Positions 29,466 through 39,613 of a stretch of 64,000 nucleotides of DNA are shown piece by piece (the first letter of the stretch is position 1; every line of letters begins with the position of its first letter). Under the pieces are notes generated by a model that was not told the origin of the DNA, ran no database searches, and saw only the letters and a program-made list of their open reading frames with translations. Position numbers and translations under genes: made by a program. This DNA comes from an uncultured Pelagibacteraceae bacterium (GTDB lineage: Bacteria > Pseudomonadota > Alphaproteobacteria > Pelagibacterales > Pelagibacteraceae): the NCBI GenBank assembly GCA_902579105.1, contig CACHFM010000003.1, forward strand, positions 21,622 through 85,621, in the 5' to 3' direction.

Positions 29466-30899
29466 ATGTTACAAAAAAAAAATTTTTATATAAATGGAGC
29501 ATGGGTCAAACCTAAAAAAGAAAATAATATAGAAGTTATTAATCCTGCTACTGAAAAAAGTTGTGCAGTTATCTCTTTGGGAGGAAAAGAAGATATAAAT
29601 GATGCAGTTTTAGCTGCTAAAGAGGCTTTTAGAACTTGGGGCTTCTCAACCAAAGAAGATAGAATAGCTTTATTAGAAAATTTTTATGAATTATATAAAA
29701 AAAGATGGAACGATATAACTGATGCAATAATTCTAGAAATGGGTGCACCAAAGGATTTTGCATCAAAACTCCAAACTGGCACAGGAGCAAGTCATACAAA
29801 ATCTTTTATAAAATACTTAAAAGAATTTGAATTTGAAAAAACTTTAGGAGATCATGCAAAAAATCAAAGAATTTTATATGAGCCAAAAGGTGTATGTGCA
29901 TTAATTACCCCTTGGAATTGGCCAATGAATCAAGTTTGTTTAAAAGTTATTCCCGCATTATCTGCAGGTTGTACTATGATTTTAAAACCATCTGAATTAG
30001 CTCCACTTTCATCAATGATACTTGCTGAACTAATTGATGAAGCTAAATTTCCAAAAGGTGTATTTAATTTAGTTAATGGTGATGGTGCTGTTACTGGAGA
30101 TGCTCTTACAAGCCATCCAGATGTAAATATGATTTCATTTACAGGCTCTACAAGAGCTGGAGCATTAATTTCTCAAAATGCAGCAAAGGATTTTAAAAGA
30201 GTTAGTTTAGAGCTAGGCGGAAAAGGTGCAAATATTATATTCAAAGATGCAGATGCTGAAGCTATAGAGAGAGGAGCTTTAAGATGTTTTAGAAACTCAG
30301 GTCAATCTTGTAACGCGCCGACAAGAATGTTAGTTGAAAAACCTATATACGATGAAGCTATTGAAAGATTAAAAAAATATGCTACTAATTTTAAAGTTGA
30401 TGATCCCAATAAAGAAGGAGATCATATTGGCCCTGTAATTTCAGAAACACAATTTAATAAAATTCAAAATTTAATTCAAAAAGGTATTGAAGAAGGAGCA
30501 AAGTTAGTTGCTGGTGGTCCCGGAAAACCTGATGGTATTAAAGAAGGGTACTATGTAAAACCAACTGTATTTGCAGATGTAAATAACAATATGAAAATTG
30601 CTAGAACAGAAATATTTGGACCAGTTTTATCTGTAATTCCTTTTGAAACAGAAGAAGAAGCAATTCAAATTACAAATGATACTGATTATGGTTTAACAAA
30701 TTATATTCAAACTCAAGATAATAATAAAGTTCAAAGGGTAGCAAGAAAACTAAGATCGGGAATGGTTGATGTTAATGGAGCAGGTATTGCGGTAGATGCT
30801 CCTTTTGGTGGTTTCAAACATTCTGGAATAGGAAGAGAAGCAGGCAAAGAAGGATTAATTGAATTTTTAGAAGTAAAGTCTGTAGGGGGCTGGAATTAA
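29466..30899 (+). CDS. NAD-dependent aldehyde dehydrogenase
   Basis: ITPWNWP, LKPSE, FTGST, LELGGK, GQSCNAP, EIFGP, PFGGFK. Confidence 0.95.
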   Translation: MLQKKNFYINGAWVKPKKENNIEVINPATEKSCAVISLGGKEDINDAVLAAKEAFRTWGFSTKEDRIALLENFYELYKKRWNDITDAIILEMGAPKDFASKLQTGTGASHTKSFIKYLKEFEFEKTLGDHAKNQRILYEPKGVCALITPWNWPMNQVCLKVIPALSAGCTMILKPSELAPLSSMILAELIDEAKFPKGVFNLVNGDGAVTGDALTSHPDVNMISFTGSTRAGALISQNAAKDFKRVSLELGGKGANIIFKDADAEAIERGALRCFRNSGQSCNAPTRMLVEKPIYDEAIERLKKYATNFKVDDPNKEGDHIGPVISETQFNKIQNLIQKGIEEGAKLVAGGPGKPDGIKEGYYVKPTVFADVNNNMKIARTEIFGPVLSVIPFETEEEAIQITNDTDYGLTNYIQTQDNNKVQRVARKLRSGMVDVNGAGIAVDAPFGGFKHSGIGREAGKEGLIEFLEVKSVGGWN

Positions 30900-32083
30900 T
30901 TAATAGATTGGGTCTTAACACCTTCTAAAAATTGTAAACATTTTTTTAACTCATCTAATTGAATAAATTCGTCTATTTTATGAGCTTGATCAATAGATCC
31001 AGGTCCACAAACAACTGTACTAATTCCAATTTCTTGAAATAGGCCCGCTTCAGTTCCAAAAGAAACAACTTCTCTTGAATTATCTCCTGTTATACTTGAG
31101 ACAAATTCACAAGCTTCCGATTTTTCTAATCTATTAAAACCAATAATTTCACCAATTATTTCTTTTTTAATCGAGGAATTTGGATGAACTTTTTTCATTT
31201 CTGGAAGTAGAGTTTCATTTGTGTACTTATCAATTTCAGAATTTAAAAAAATTGCGTCTTCTTTAATCACTGGACGTGTTTCCCAATTAACGTGACATTT
31301 ATCTGCTATTACATTGTGAGCTATACCTCCAAATATACCTCCAACTTGAAGAGTTGAATAAGGTGGATCAAAAATTGAGTTTTTTGGTTCTCTTTCTTTT
31401 AATTTTTTTCTAAGTTCAACAAGCTTGTTCACATATCTTGCGGCATACTCAACTGCACTAACACCTTTTTGAGGTTGAGAACTATGTCCAGCTAAACCTT
31501 CGAAGTATGTTGTGTATTCATAGCAACCTTTGTGAGAGTCTATAATTTTCATATTTGTTGGTTCTCCTACTATACAAATACCATTTGTTATACCTCTATT
31601 TTTTAATTCTTTTATTAAAATTGGAGCTCCTATACATGCTGTTTCTTCATCGAACGTAAAAGAAAAATGAATATCCCTGTCTAGATTTGCACTAGAAAAG
31701 ATTGGCGCATATGCTAATACACAAGCAATAAAGCCTTTCATATCACAAGATCCTCTACCATAAAGTTTATCATTTTTGATTGTTGCTAAAAAAGGATCTG
31801 ACGACCATCCTTTTGAAACAGGAACAACATCTGTATGCCCAGAAAGAATTATAGGTTTTTTTCCATTTCCATTTTTTGATTTTAGAGTTGAAAACAGATT
31901 TACTCTTTTTTTTTCATTATCATACGTTCTAAAAGATTCAGCTCCTAATGAATTTAATATGTTGTCACAATAATCAATTAAAGGAGAATTATTTTCTCCA
32001 GATATTGTTTTGAAAGCAATTAAATCAGTTAATATTTTAATTGAGTTTTCATATATAGTTTGTAAATTATTTTCTGTACTCAT
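30896..32083 (-). CDS. argE: Acetylornithine deacetylase ArgE (M20A)
   Basis: LSGHTDVVP, GRGSCDMKG, FDEE, VGEPT, AHKIDE. Confidence 0.88.
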   Translation of the reverse strand: MSTENNLQTIYENSIKILTDLIAFKTISGENNSPLIDYCDNILNSLGAESFRTYDNEKKRVNLFSTLKSKNGNGKKPIILSGHTDVVPVSKGWSSDPFLATIKNDKLYGRGSCDMKGFIACVLAYAPIFSSANLDRDIHFSFTFDEETACIGAPILIKELKNRGITNGICIVGEPTNMKIIDSHKGCYEYTTYFEGLAGHSSQPQKGVSAVEYAARYVNKLVELRKKLKEREPKNSIFDPPYSTLQVGGIFGGIAHNVIADKCHVNWETRPVIKEDAIFLNSEIDKYTNETLLPEMKKVHPNSSIKKEIIGEIIGFNRLEKSEACEFVSSITGDNSREVVSFGTEAGLFQEIGISTVVCGPGSIDQAHKIDEFIQLDELKKCLQFLEGVKTQSIN

Positions 32084-32108
32084 TTATATTTAATTATATA
32101 TTAATTTC

Positions 32109-32450
32109 ATGAAAGAACAAATAACCTACGATATATTTGATAAAGTAGATATTCGAATTGGTACAGTAATATCAGTTAAAAAAAATGAAAAAGCTAGAAA
32201 ACCTTCTTTAGTTATAAAAGTAGATTTTGGAAAAGAAATAGGAATTAAAGAGTCATCCGCACAAATAACTCATTATTATAATGAAGATAACCTAAAAGGT
32301 AAGCAAGTTATCGGAGTTTGTAATTTTCCTGAAAAAAATATAGCGGGTGTTAAATCACAGTTTTTAGTATTAGGAGCATTAGAAGAAGATGGGAAGGTAG
32401 TTTTATTGCATCCATCTCAACTTACTAAAAATGGTTTAAAAATTGCATAA
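32109..32450 (+). CDS. csaA: tRNA-binding/export chaperone CsaA
   Basis: FDKVDIRIG, SSAQIT, VCNFPEKNIAG, FLVLG. Confidence 0.88.
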   Translation: MKEQITYDIFDKVDIRIGTVISVKKNEKARKPSLVIKVDFGKEIGIKESSAQITHYYNEDNLKGKQVIGVCNFPEKNIAGVKSQFLVLGALEEDGKVVLLHPSQLTKNGLKIA

Positions 32451-32456
32451 CTTCAA

Positions 32457-33089
32457 ATGTTGCTTTCAGATTTAATAGCTTTTGTACTATTTTGTTCAGC
32501 AGCAGCTTTTTCGCCAGGGCCTAATAATTTTATGGCATCATATTCTGCTTTTAATTTTGGAATGAAAAAAACATTACCAATAATATATGGAGTAACTTTT
32601 GGTTTTCCTTTATTAATAATTTGTATTAATTTTGGTTTATCAATTGTTTTCAAAAAGTATCCAGAAATTCAAAAAATCATTACAGTTGCAGGTACTATTT
32701 TTCTAATTTATATGGCATATAAAATTGCAACTACAAAAAATTCAGATAATAAAGAAGTAAAAAATCCAGCAACTTTTATTAATATAGTTTTATTTCAATT
32801 TATTAATCCTAAGGCTGTGATTTGTGCGGCATTTATAACATCTACATTTATAAGTCAGGAAAGTTTTGTTAAAGATTCAATAATTGTTATAACAATAGCA
32901 ATTATTATAAGTTTTTTTAGCATTGTATCTTGGAGCTTGATTGGTAAATACATGACAATAGGAGAAAGTGAAAAAAAATTATCAAGTTTACCAATATTTT
33001 TATCAGTTCCATTAAAATATATTGCAAAAAATTTTAATTTTTTAATGTCAGGAATGCTTATTTTGACCATAATAATTCTTTATTTATAA
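32457..33089 (+). CDS. LysE/RhtB family translocator
   Basis: FSPGPNN, GVTFGF, FQFINPKA. Confidence 0.88.
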   Translation: MLLSDLIAFVLFCSAAAFSPGPNNFMASYSAFNFGMKKTLPIIYGVTFGFPLLIICINFGLSIVFKKYPEIQKIITVAGTIFLIYMAYKIATTKNSDNKEVKNPATFINIVLFQFINPKAVICAAFITSTFISQESFVKDSIIVITIAIIISFFSIVSWSLIGKYMTIGESEKKLSSLPIFLSVPLKYIAKNFNFLMSGMLILTIIILYL

Positions 33090-33096
33090 AATAAAT

Positions 33097-35766
33097 ATGA
33101 AACCAGGATCAAAAAATAGTTTTAAATCACTAAGTAAAATTTCAATAAATAATGAAGAATATAAATATTATTCATTAAAAGAAGCTGAAAAAAATGGATT
33201 AGATGGAATATCAAAACTTCCAAAATCAATAAAAGTTTTGTTAGAAAATTTATTAAGATATGAAGATGATTTATCAGTTACTAAAAAACAAATAAATTCT
33301 ATAAAAGATTGGTTAAAGACAAAAAAATCAAGTACAGAAATTGCTTATCGACCAGCAAGAGTTTTGCTTCAAGATTATACTGGTATTCCAGCTGTAGCAG
33401 ATCTTGCTGCTATGCGGGATGCAGTAAAAGAAAAAAATAAAGATCCTAATACAATTAATCCTTTATCTGCTGTTGATCTTGTAATTGATCATTCCGTACA
33501 GGTTGATCAATCTGCTAAATCAGATTCATTTGAAAATAATGTTGATATTGAATTTAAAAGAAATGGTGAGAGATATTCTTTTTTAAAATGGGGTCAACAA
33601 GCATTCAATAATTTTAGAATAGTTCCTCCAGGAACAGGAATCTGTCATCAAGTTAATTTAGAGTATCTATCTAAAGTAGTTTGGCAGGAAGAATTTAATG
33701 GAGAAAAATATATTTTTCCTGACACATTAGTCGGCACAGATAGTCATACAACGATGGTAAATGGATTATCAGTATTAGGTTGGGGCGTTGGAGGTATCGA
33801 AGCTGAAGCTGGTATGTTAGGTCAACCAATATCAATGTTGATTCCTGAAGTAGTAGGTTTTGAAATTAAAAATAAAATGCCTGAAGGCACAACTGCGACT
33901 GATTTAGTACTGACAGTAGTTAAAATGTTAAGAGACAAAGGTGTAGTTGGTAAATTTGTTGAATTTTACGGTGAAGGTTTAAAAAATTTAACACTTGCAG
34001 ATAGGGCAACTATTGCAAATATGGCACCAGAATACGGTGCTACATGTGGTTTTTTTCCAATCGATAATGAAACTATAAAATATTTAAAATTTTCTGGTAG
34101 GGATCAACATACATTAGAAATTGTTGAAAAATATTCCAAAGAACAAGGTTTGTGGGCAAGTAATGAAATAGAATTTACTGATACCATATCTTTGGATATG
34201 TCCACTGTTGTTCCAACAATTTCAGGACCTAAAAGACCTCAAGACAAAGTTTTATTAACTGAAGCTTCAAATTCTTTCAAAAAAGTTTTTAATGAATCTA
34301 CAAATAAAAAAAAACAATCTGTTTCAAAAGTTTTAAATACTGATTATCAAATTAAAGATGGATCAATTTTAATTGCTGCAATAACCTCTTGTACGAATAC
34401 CTCAAATCCAAATGTTTTAATTGCAGCAGGATTGCTTGCAAAAAAAGCTGTAGAATTAGGATTAGAAGTTAAGCCTTGGGTGAAAACTTCATTGGCTCCA
34501 GGATCTCAAGTTGTAACAGATTACTTAGCAAAAGCAGGTTTAAATACCTATTTAGATAAACTTGGTTTTAATTTAGTAGGATATGGATGCACAACATGTA
34601 TAGGTAATTCAGGCCCTTTACCAAAAAATATTGTTAATGCTATCCAAAAAGAAAATATTTATGCTGTTTCAGTTTTATCGGGAAATAGAAATTTTGAAGG
34701 AAGGATTTCACCCCATATAAAAGCAAATTATTTAGCCTCTCCACCATTAGTAGTAGCTTATGCATTAGCAGGTCATATGGAATTTGATTTATATAAAGAT
34801 TCATTAGGTAAAAATAAAAATGGAAAAGATATTTATTTAAAAGATATTTGGCCATCAAATAAAGAGATAGAAGATACTTTAAAGAAATCTCTTAATGCTG
34901 AAATGTTTGTTAAAAGATATTCAAATATCTCTGATGGACCAAGTCAGTGGAAAGAAATTAAAACAAAAGAAAGTAGCATTTATGATTGGGACGAAACATC
35001 AACTTACGTAAAAAAACCTCCTTTCTTCGATTCGTTACCTGATCAGCCAGAAGGTTTTAAAAAAATTAAAGATGCAAGACCATTGCTTATATTGGGAGAT
35101 ATGATTACAACTGACCATATTTCTCCAGCGGGAAATATTCAAGAAGATAGTCCAACAGGAGAATATTTTATGGAACGACAAATTCTTCCAAAGGATTATA
35201 ATTCATATGGTTCAAGAAGAGGAAATCACGAAGTAATGATGAGAGGCACTTTTGCTAATATAAGAATAAGAAATGAAATGGCCCCAGGAACTGAGGGAGG
35301 ATTTACAAAACTATACCCAGAGGAAAAAGTAGTTCCAATTTATGATGCTGTTGTTGAATATAAAAAAAGAGGCACAGATTTGGTTGTAATTGGTGGTAAA
35401 GAATATGGCACAGGCTCATCAAGAGATTGGGCAGCTAAGGGTACAAAATTACTAGGTGTTAAAGTGGTAATAGCTGAAAGTTTTGAAAGAATACATAGAT
35501 CAAATTTAATAGGCATGGGCATTTTGCCTCTTCAGTTTGTAGACAATGTAAATAGAAAAAACTTAAATTTGATTGGATCAGAGTTAATAAGTGTTATCGA
35601 TATTGAAAAAGGAATAAATCCCTCTGACAAAGTTACACTAGAAATAAAATATTCTTCAGGAGACATAAAAAAAATTAAAACTTTATGCAGAATTGATACT
35701 AAAAATGAATTAGAATATTATAAAAATGGAGGCATACTTCAATATGTTTTAAGGAATATGATTTAG
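33097..35766 (+). CDS. acnA: Aconitate hydratase A
   Basis: LQDYTGIPA, DSHT, SCTNTSN, GYGCTTCIGNSG, TDHISPAG, GSSRDWAAKG. Confidence 0.98.
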   Translation: MKPGSKNSFKSLSKISINNEEYKYYSLKEAEKNGLDGISKLPKSIKVLLENLLRYEDDLSVTKKQINSIKDWLKTKKSSTEIAYRPARVLLQDYTGIPAVADLAAMRDAVKEKNKDPNTINPLSAVDLVIDHSVQVDQSAKSDSFENNVDIEFKRNGERYSFLKWGQQAFNNFRIVPPGTGICHQVNLEYLSKVVWQEEFNGEKYIFPDTLVGTDSHTTMVNGLSVLGWGVGGIEAEAGMLGQPISMLIPEVVGFEIKNKMPEGTTATDLVLTVVKMLRDKGVVGKFVEFYGEGLKNLTLADRATIANMAPEYGATCGFFPIDNETIKYLKFSGRDQHTLEIVEKYSKEQGLWASNEIEFTDTISLDMSTVVPTISGPKRPQDKVLLTEASNSFKKVFNESTNKKKQSVSKVLNTDYQIKDGSILIAAITSCTNTSNPNVLIAAGLLAKKAVELGLEVKPWVKTSLAPGSQVVTDYLAKAGLNTYLDKLGFNLVGYGCTTCIGNSGPLPKNIVNAIQKENIYAVSVLSGNRNFEGRISPHIKANYLASPPLVVAYALAGHMEFDLYKDSLGKNKNGKDIYLKDIWPSNKEIEDTLKKSLNAEMFVKRYSNISDGPSQWKEIKTKESSIYDWDETSTYVKKPPFFDSLPDQPEGFKKIKDARPLLILGDMITTDHISPAGNIQEDSPTGEYFMERQILPKDYNSYGSRRGNHEVMMRGTFANIRIRNEMAPGTEGGFTKLYPEEKVVPIYDAVVEYKKRGTDLVVIGGKEYGTGSSRDWAAKGTKLLGVKVVIAESFERIHRSNLIGMGILPLQFVDNVNRKNLNLIGSELISVIDIEKGINPSDKVTLEIKYSSGDIKKIKTLCRIDTKNELEYYKNGGILQYVLRNMI

Positions 35767-35768
35767 TT

Positions 35769-36413
35769 ATGGATGAAGATATTTCAATTATAAATAGCAA
35801 TACAAGGAATGAGAAGGTTAAAAACTTTTTTCAAAAAAATAAAAATCTACTAATTTCATTATCAATAGTTTTAATTGTAATTTTAATAATTGGTTATGGT
35901 TATGATAGATATAAAACTAATCAAAAAAATGAAATATCTAATCAATTTAATACTACAACATTAGAATATTCAGAGAATACAAAAGATAATACTGTAAATA
36001 GTTTATTAGAAATTATAAATAAGAAAGATCCAACATACTCTCCATTATCTTTATATTTTATAATTGATAATAGGCTTATTTCAGATCGAGATAAAATAAA
36101 TAGTCTATTTGATATTTTAATTAAAAAAACTTCGCTAGATCTAGAAATGAAGAATTTAGTTATATTAAAAAAGGCTCTATTTAATGCTGATTATATTCAA
36201 GAAAATGATCTTTTAAATATTTTAAATCCATTGATTAATTCTAAAAGTGTTTGGAAATCTCATGCTTTATATTTAATGGCAGAGTATTTTTATTCCAAAG
36301 ATCAAAAGCAAAAATCTAAAGAATTTTTCAATCAAATCATTAGCTTAGAAAATGCTAATCCAGATATAAAGTTACAGACAGAGAAAAGATTGAATAGAGA
36401 TTTGAGTGAATAA
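35769..36413 (+). CDS. YfgM-like membrane-anchored TPR protein
   Basis: Single N-terminal TM, helical repeats; directly upstream of bamB. Confidence 0.65.
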   Translation: MDEDISIINSNTRNEKVKNFFQKNKNLLISLSIVLIVILIIGYGYDRYKTNQKNEISNQFNTTTLEYSENTKDNTVNSLLEIINKKDPTYSPLSLYFIIDNRLISDRDKINSLFDILIKKTSLDLEMKNLVILKKALFNADYIQENDLLNILNPLINSKSVWKSHALYLMAEYFYSKDQKQKSKEFFNQIISLENANPDIKLQTEKRLNRDLSE

Positions 36414-37704
36414 AATAATCATTTTAGTTATAGCATTATTTTTTTTAAATAATTGTTCGTTTAATGAAAATTCACGTATTTGGAAAGAAAAAGAAAAAAA
36501 ATTAGAATCTCAAAAAAAATTAGAAAAAGTATTTGCTGAGACTAATCCAGTTTTAAGTGAATTTAATCCAGAACTTAAAATAGAGTTAATTAAAATTAAA
36601 CTAAATAATAAAGTAGTAGAAAATAAAAATAATTATGGATTTCAAAATTATGATGGATCATTAAATAAAGTCGCAAACTACAAATTTTCAAAACTAGAAA
36701 ATATTGATCAACTTAATTTTAAACCAATTTTTTTAAAAGATGGACTTATATTTTTTGATAAAAAAGGATCTATTATTAGATTTAATAATATGCAAAAAGT
36801 TTTATGGACAAATAATTATTATTCAAAAGTAGAAAAAAAATTAAAACCTAAATTATATTTTGCCTCAGATAATGAAAATTTATTTGTATTTGATGATATT
36901 GCCAAATTTTATTCTGTTAATATTAATTCTGGTAAATTAAATTGGATAAAAAATAATATATATCCATTTAATTCAGAAATTAAAAAATTAGGAAATAAAA
37001 TTTTTGTAGTTGATTATAAAAATATTTTAAGAAGCTATAATATTAATAATGGTTCAGAATATTGGAATTTAAAAACAGAAGACTCTTTTACAATATCAAA
37101 TTCTAAGTATTCACTAATCATAATTGATAATGCAATTATTTTTAGCAATTCTATTGGTGATATTACAGCAGTTGATGTCGAAACTGGATTAATAATTTGG
37201 CAACTTCCAACACAAAGCAGCAATATAGTTAATGAAAGTTATAATTTTAAGATTTCAAAGCTAGTTTCTGATGGTAATTCAATTTTTTTTTCTAATAATA
37301 AAAATGAATTTTATTCAATAGATGTTAAGACCGGAACAATTAATTGGATTAATGATATTAACTCAAATATTACTCCTATATTAAATAATAATTTAATTTT
37401 TACTGTTTCAAATGAAGGATATTTATTTGTAATTGATAAAAATAAAGGAAATATAATACGAGTAACAGATCTTTATAAAAATTATAAAATAAAACATAGA
37501 AAAAATATTAAGCCAATAGGATTTACTATTGGTAAGAAAAATTTATATTTAACAAATAGTGATGGAAATATGATCGTTGCAGATTTAAGTCTTAGCAATG
37601 TAAATAAGATTGAAAAAGTTTCTGGAAATTTAATTTCAGAACCATTTATATTTAATCAAAACTTATTTGTTATAAGAAACGGATCTATTATTAAATACAA
37701 TTGA
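36406..37704 (+). CDS. bamB: BamB-like PQQ-repeat beta-propeller lipoprotein
   Basis: GTG start; lipobox FLNNC; repeated A.D..TG...W propeller motifs. Confidence 0.75.
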   Translation: MNKIIILVIALFFLNNCSFNENSRIWKEKEKKLESQKKLEKVFAETNPVLSEFNPELKIELIKIKLNNKVVENKNNYGFQNYDGSLNKVANYKFSKLENIDQLNFKPIFLKDGLIFFDKKGSIIRFNNMQKVLWTNNYYSKVEKKLKPKLYFASDNENLFVFDDIAKFYSVNINSGKLNWIKNNIYPFNSEIKKLGNKIFVVDYKNILRSYNINNGSEYWNLKTEDSFTISNSKYSLIIIDNAIIFSNSIGDITAVDVETGLIIWQLPTQSSNIVNESYNFKISKLVSDGNSIFFSNNKNEFYSIDVKTGTINWINDINSNITPILNNNLIFTVSNEGYLFVIDKNKGNIIRVTDLYKNYKIKHRKNIKPIGFTIGKKNLYLTNSDGNMIVADLSLSNVNKIEKVSGNLISEPFIFNQNLFVIRNGSIIKYN

Positions 37705-38135
37705 GTATGATCTTAAGTTTTTTAGAGAAGATCGGAAGGAAAAAAGTTGTTTTGGATAGAGGTCCATCTCATCCAAAATACAATGAAGCTAAACCATGGA
37801 TGAATAGATATTATGTTCTTTTAAGAAATCGTCCTAAATGGTTTCCTTTCAATATTTTAATTCACGAAATGTTAGCAGATGATCATGGTGATGGAGTTCA
37901 CAATCATACATTTCCTTATATAACTATAATATTGAGAGGAGGATATTGGGAGACTTTAAGTACAGGAAAATATTGGAGACCTCCAGGATATATTGGTTTT
38001 AGATCAGCAAACAACTTGCACAGAGTCGATCTTAAACCAGGCACTAGACCTTTAACATTATTTATATCAGGACCTTTTGGATTAAGAAAAGGCCCAAGAT
38101 CTGAATATGGTATAGATTTTAAAACTAAAAAATGA
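37701..38135 (+). CDS. Cupin-like hypothetical protein (true start may be ATG 37707)
   Basis: DDHGDGVHNHTFPYITIILRGGYWE and LHRV cupin-type metal motifs. Confidence 0.6.
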   Translation: MSMILSFLEKIGRKKVVLDRGPSHPKYNEAKPWMNRYYVLLRNRPKWFPFNILIHEMLADDHGDGVHNHTFPYITIILRGGYWETLSTGKYWRPPGYIGFRSANNLHRVDLKPGTRPLTLFISGPFGLRKGPRSEYGIDFKTKK

Positions 38136-39184
38136 ATTTAAATAAATTATTCCTAGATTATTGTAAAAAAAATAATTTGGAAATTAATTCAAATCAACTA
38201 GATATTATAGAAGAACTTAGCAAATTTTATAATCTAAATTTCAATAAACCTTTTTTAAAAAAATTTTTTTTTAAAGAAAAATCAAAACCTGGTTTTTATT
38301 TGCAAGGGGATGTTGGAGTAGGTAAAACTATGATCTTAAATTTCTTTTTTGATAATTTTAAACATTCAAAACAAAGATTACACTTTAACGAATTTATGAT
38401 TAATTTTCATGATTTTGTTTTTAAAAATAAAGATGGAAAACAAGAAAATATTATTCATAAATTTGTTAATAAATTAAAAAAAAAAAATGAATTAATTTAT
38501 TTCGATGAATTTCAAGTAACAAATATTGTTGATGCGATGATATTAGGCAATCTTTTTAAAAAGATATTTGACGAAAATATAAAAGTTTTATTTTCTTCAA
38601 ATATAAAGATTATAGATCTTTATAAAGATGGACTGCAAAGAGAGCAGTTTTTCCCTTTTATAAAGATTATAAAAAACAAGTGTTATCAACAAAAATTGAG
38701 CATTAAAGAGGATTACAGGATGTCTCAATTCAATAATAATCAAAGAGCCTATTATCCTTTAAACGAAACAACTTATTTTAAAGTTAATAAATATTTTAGA
38801 CAAATAACTAAAAATAAATTGATGAAGAAGAAAGTTTTAATCGTTAAAGGAAGAAAATATAATATTAAAAACTATTATGAAGGTATCTCAAGATTTGATT
38901 TTAATGATTTGTGTGCAAAAAATATTGGAGCTGAAGATTATATAAAAATTGCAGAAGTTTGTGATTTTATAATTATAGAAAATATCCCTAATTTTAATAA
39001 TAATAATTCTAACCAACAAAATAGATTTATTACATTAATTGATATTTTATATGAAAAAAATAAACCATTATTAGTAACATCTAAATCTGAATTAAAATTG
39101 ATAAGCTCTTCTAAAAATTTAGAGGATGTATTTAAAAGAACTATAAGTCGATTATATGAATTAACTTCAGTAAAATATAATTAA
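38132..39184 (+). CDS. zapE: Cell division ATPase ZapE (AFG1 family)
   Basis: GDVGVGKT, RLHFNEFM, FDEFQV, RFITLID, RTISRL. Confidence 0.92.
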   Translation: MNLNKLFLDYCKKNNLEINSNQLDIIEELSKFYNLNFNKPFLKKFFFKEKSKPGFYLQGDVGVGKTMILNFFFDNFKHSKQRLHFNEFMINFHDFVFKNKDGKQENIIHKFVNKLKKKNELIYFDEFQVTNIVDAMILGNLFKKIFDENIKVLFSSNIKIIDLYKDGLQREQFFPFIKIIKNKCYQQKLSIKEDYRMSQFNNNQRAYYPLNETTYFKVNKYFRQITKNKLMKKKVLIVKGRKYNIKNYYEGISRFDFNDLCAKNIGAEDYIKIAEVCDFIIIENIPNFNNNNSNQQNRFITLIDILYEKNKPLLVTSKSELKLISSSKNLEDVFKRTISRLYELTSVKYN

Positions 39185-39186
39185 AG

Positions 39187-39606
39187 ATGAAACAAGAATT
39201 TTTTAATCTAGAAATTAAAACAAATGGTCAAAAACTATATGAGTTTACAGAACAAACAATTGAATGGATTAAGCAAAACAAATTTAATAATGGAATTTTA
39301 AATTTATCTATTCAACATACTAGTGCATCTTTAATTGTTCAGGAAAATGCAGATCCAGATGTTCAAACAGATTTAATTAATTATTTTGATAAATTAGCAC
39401 CTATGGATAATAAATTATACGTTCACACTACTGAGGGAAAAGATGATATGCCTGCTCATATCAAATCGGCATTAACTAATAATCAAATCTCTCTAAGTAT
39501 AAAAGACAGTGAATTACTGCTAGGAACTTGGCAGGGTTTATATTTATTTGAACATCGTTTGGAACCGCAAAATAGGATAATTATTTACCATTTCATTGGT
39601 GATTAA
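39187..39606 (+). CDS. yjbQ: YjbQ/UPF0047 family protein
   Basis: QHTSASL, ENADP, DDMPAHIK, LGTWQG. Confidence 0.92.
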   Translation: MKQEFFNLEIKTNGQKLYEFTEQTIEWIKQNKFNNGILNLSIQHTSASLIVQENADPDVQTDLINYFDKLAPMDNKLYVHTTEGKDDMPAHIKSALTNNQISLSIKDSELLLGTWQGLYLFEHRLEPQNRIIIYHFIGD

Positions 39607-39613
39607 AATTATA

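Noticed and set aside
11044-38477. Long poly-A tracts in amidase (about 11044-11054) and zapE (about 38476-38487) as phase-variation sites
   Set aside because: Both ORFs are intact and in frame; Lys-codon runs are common in this AT-rich genome
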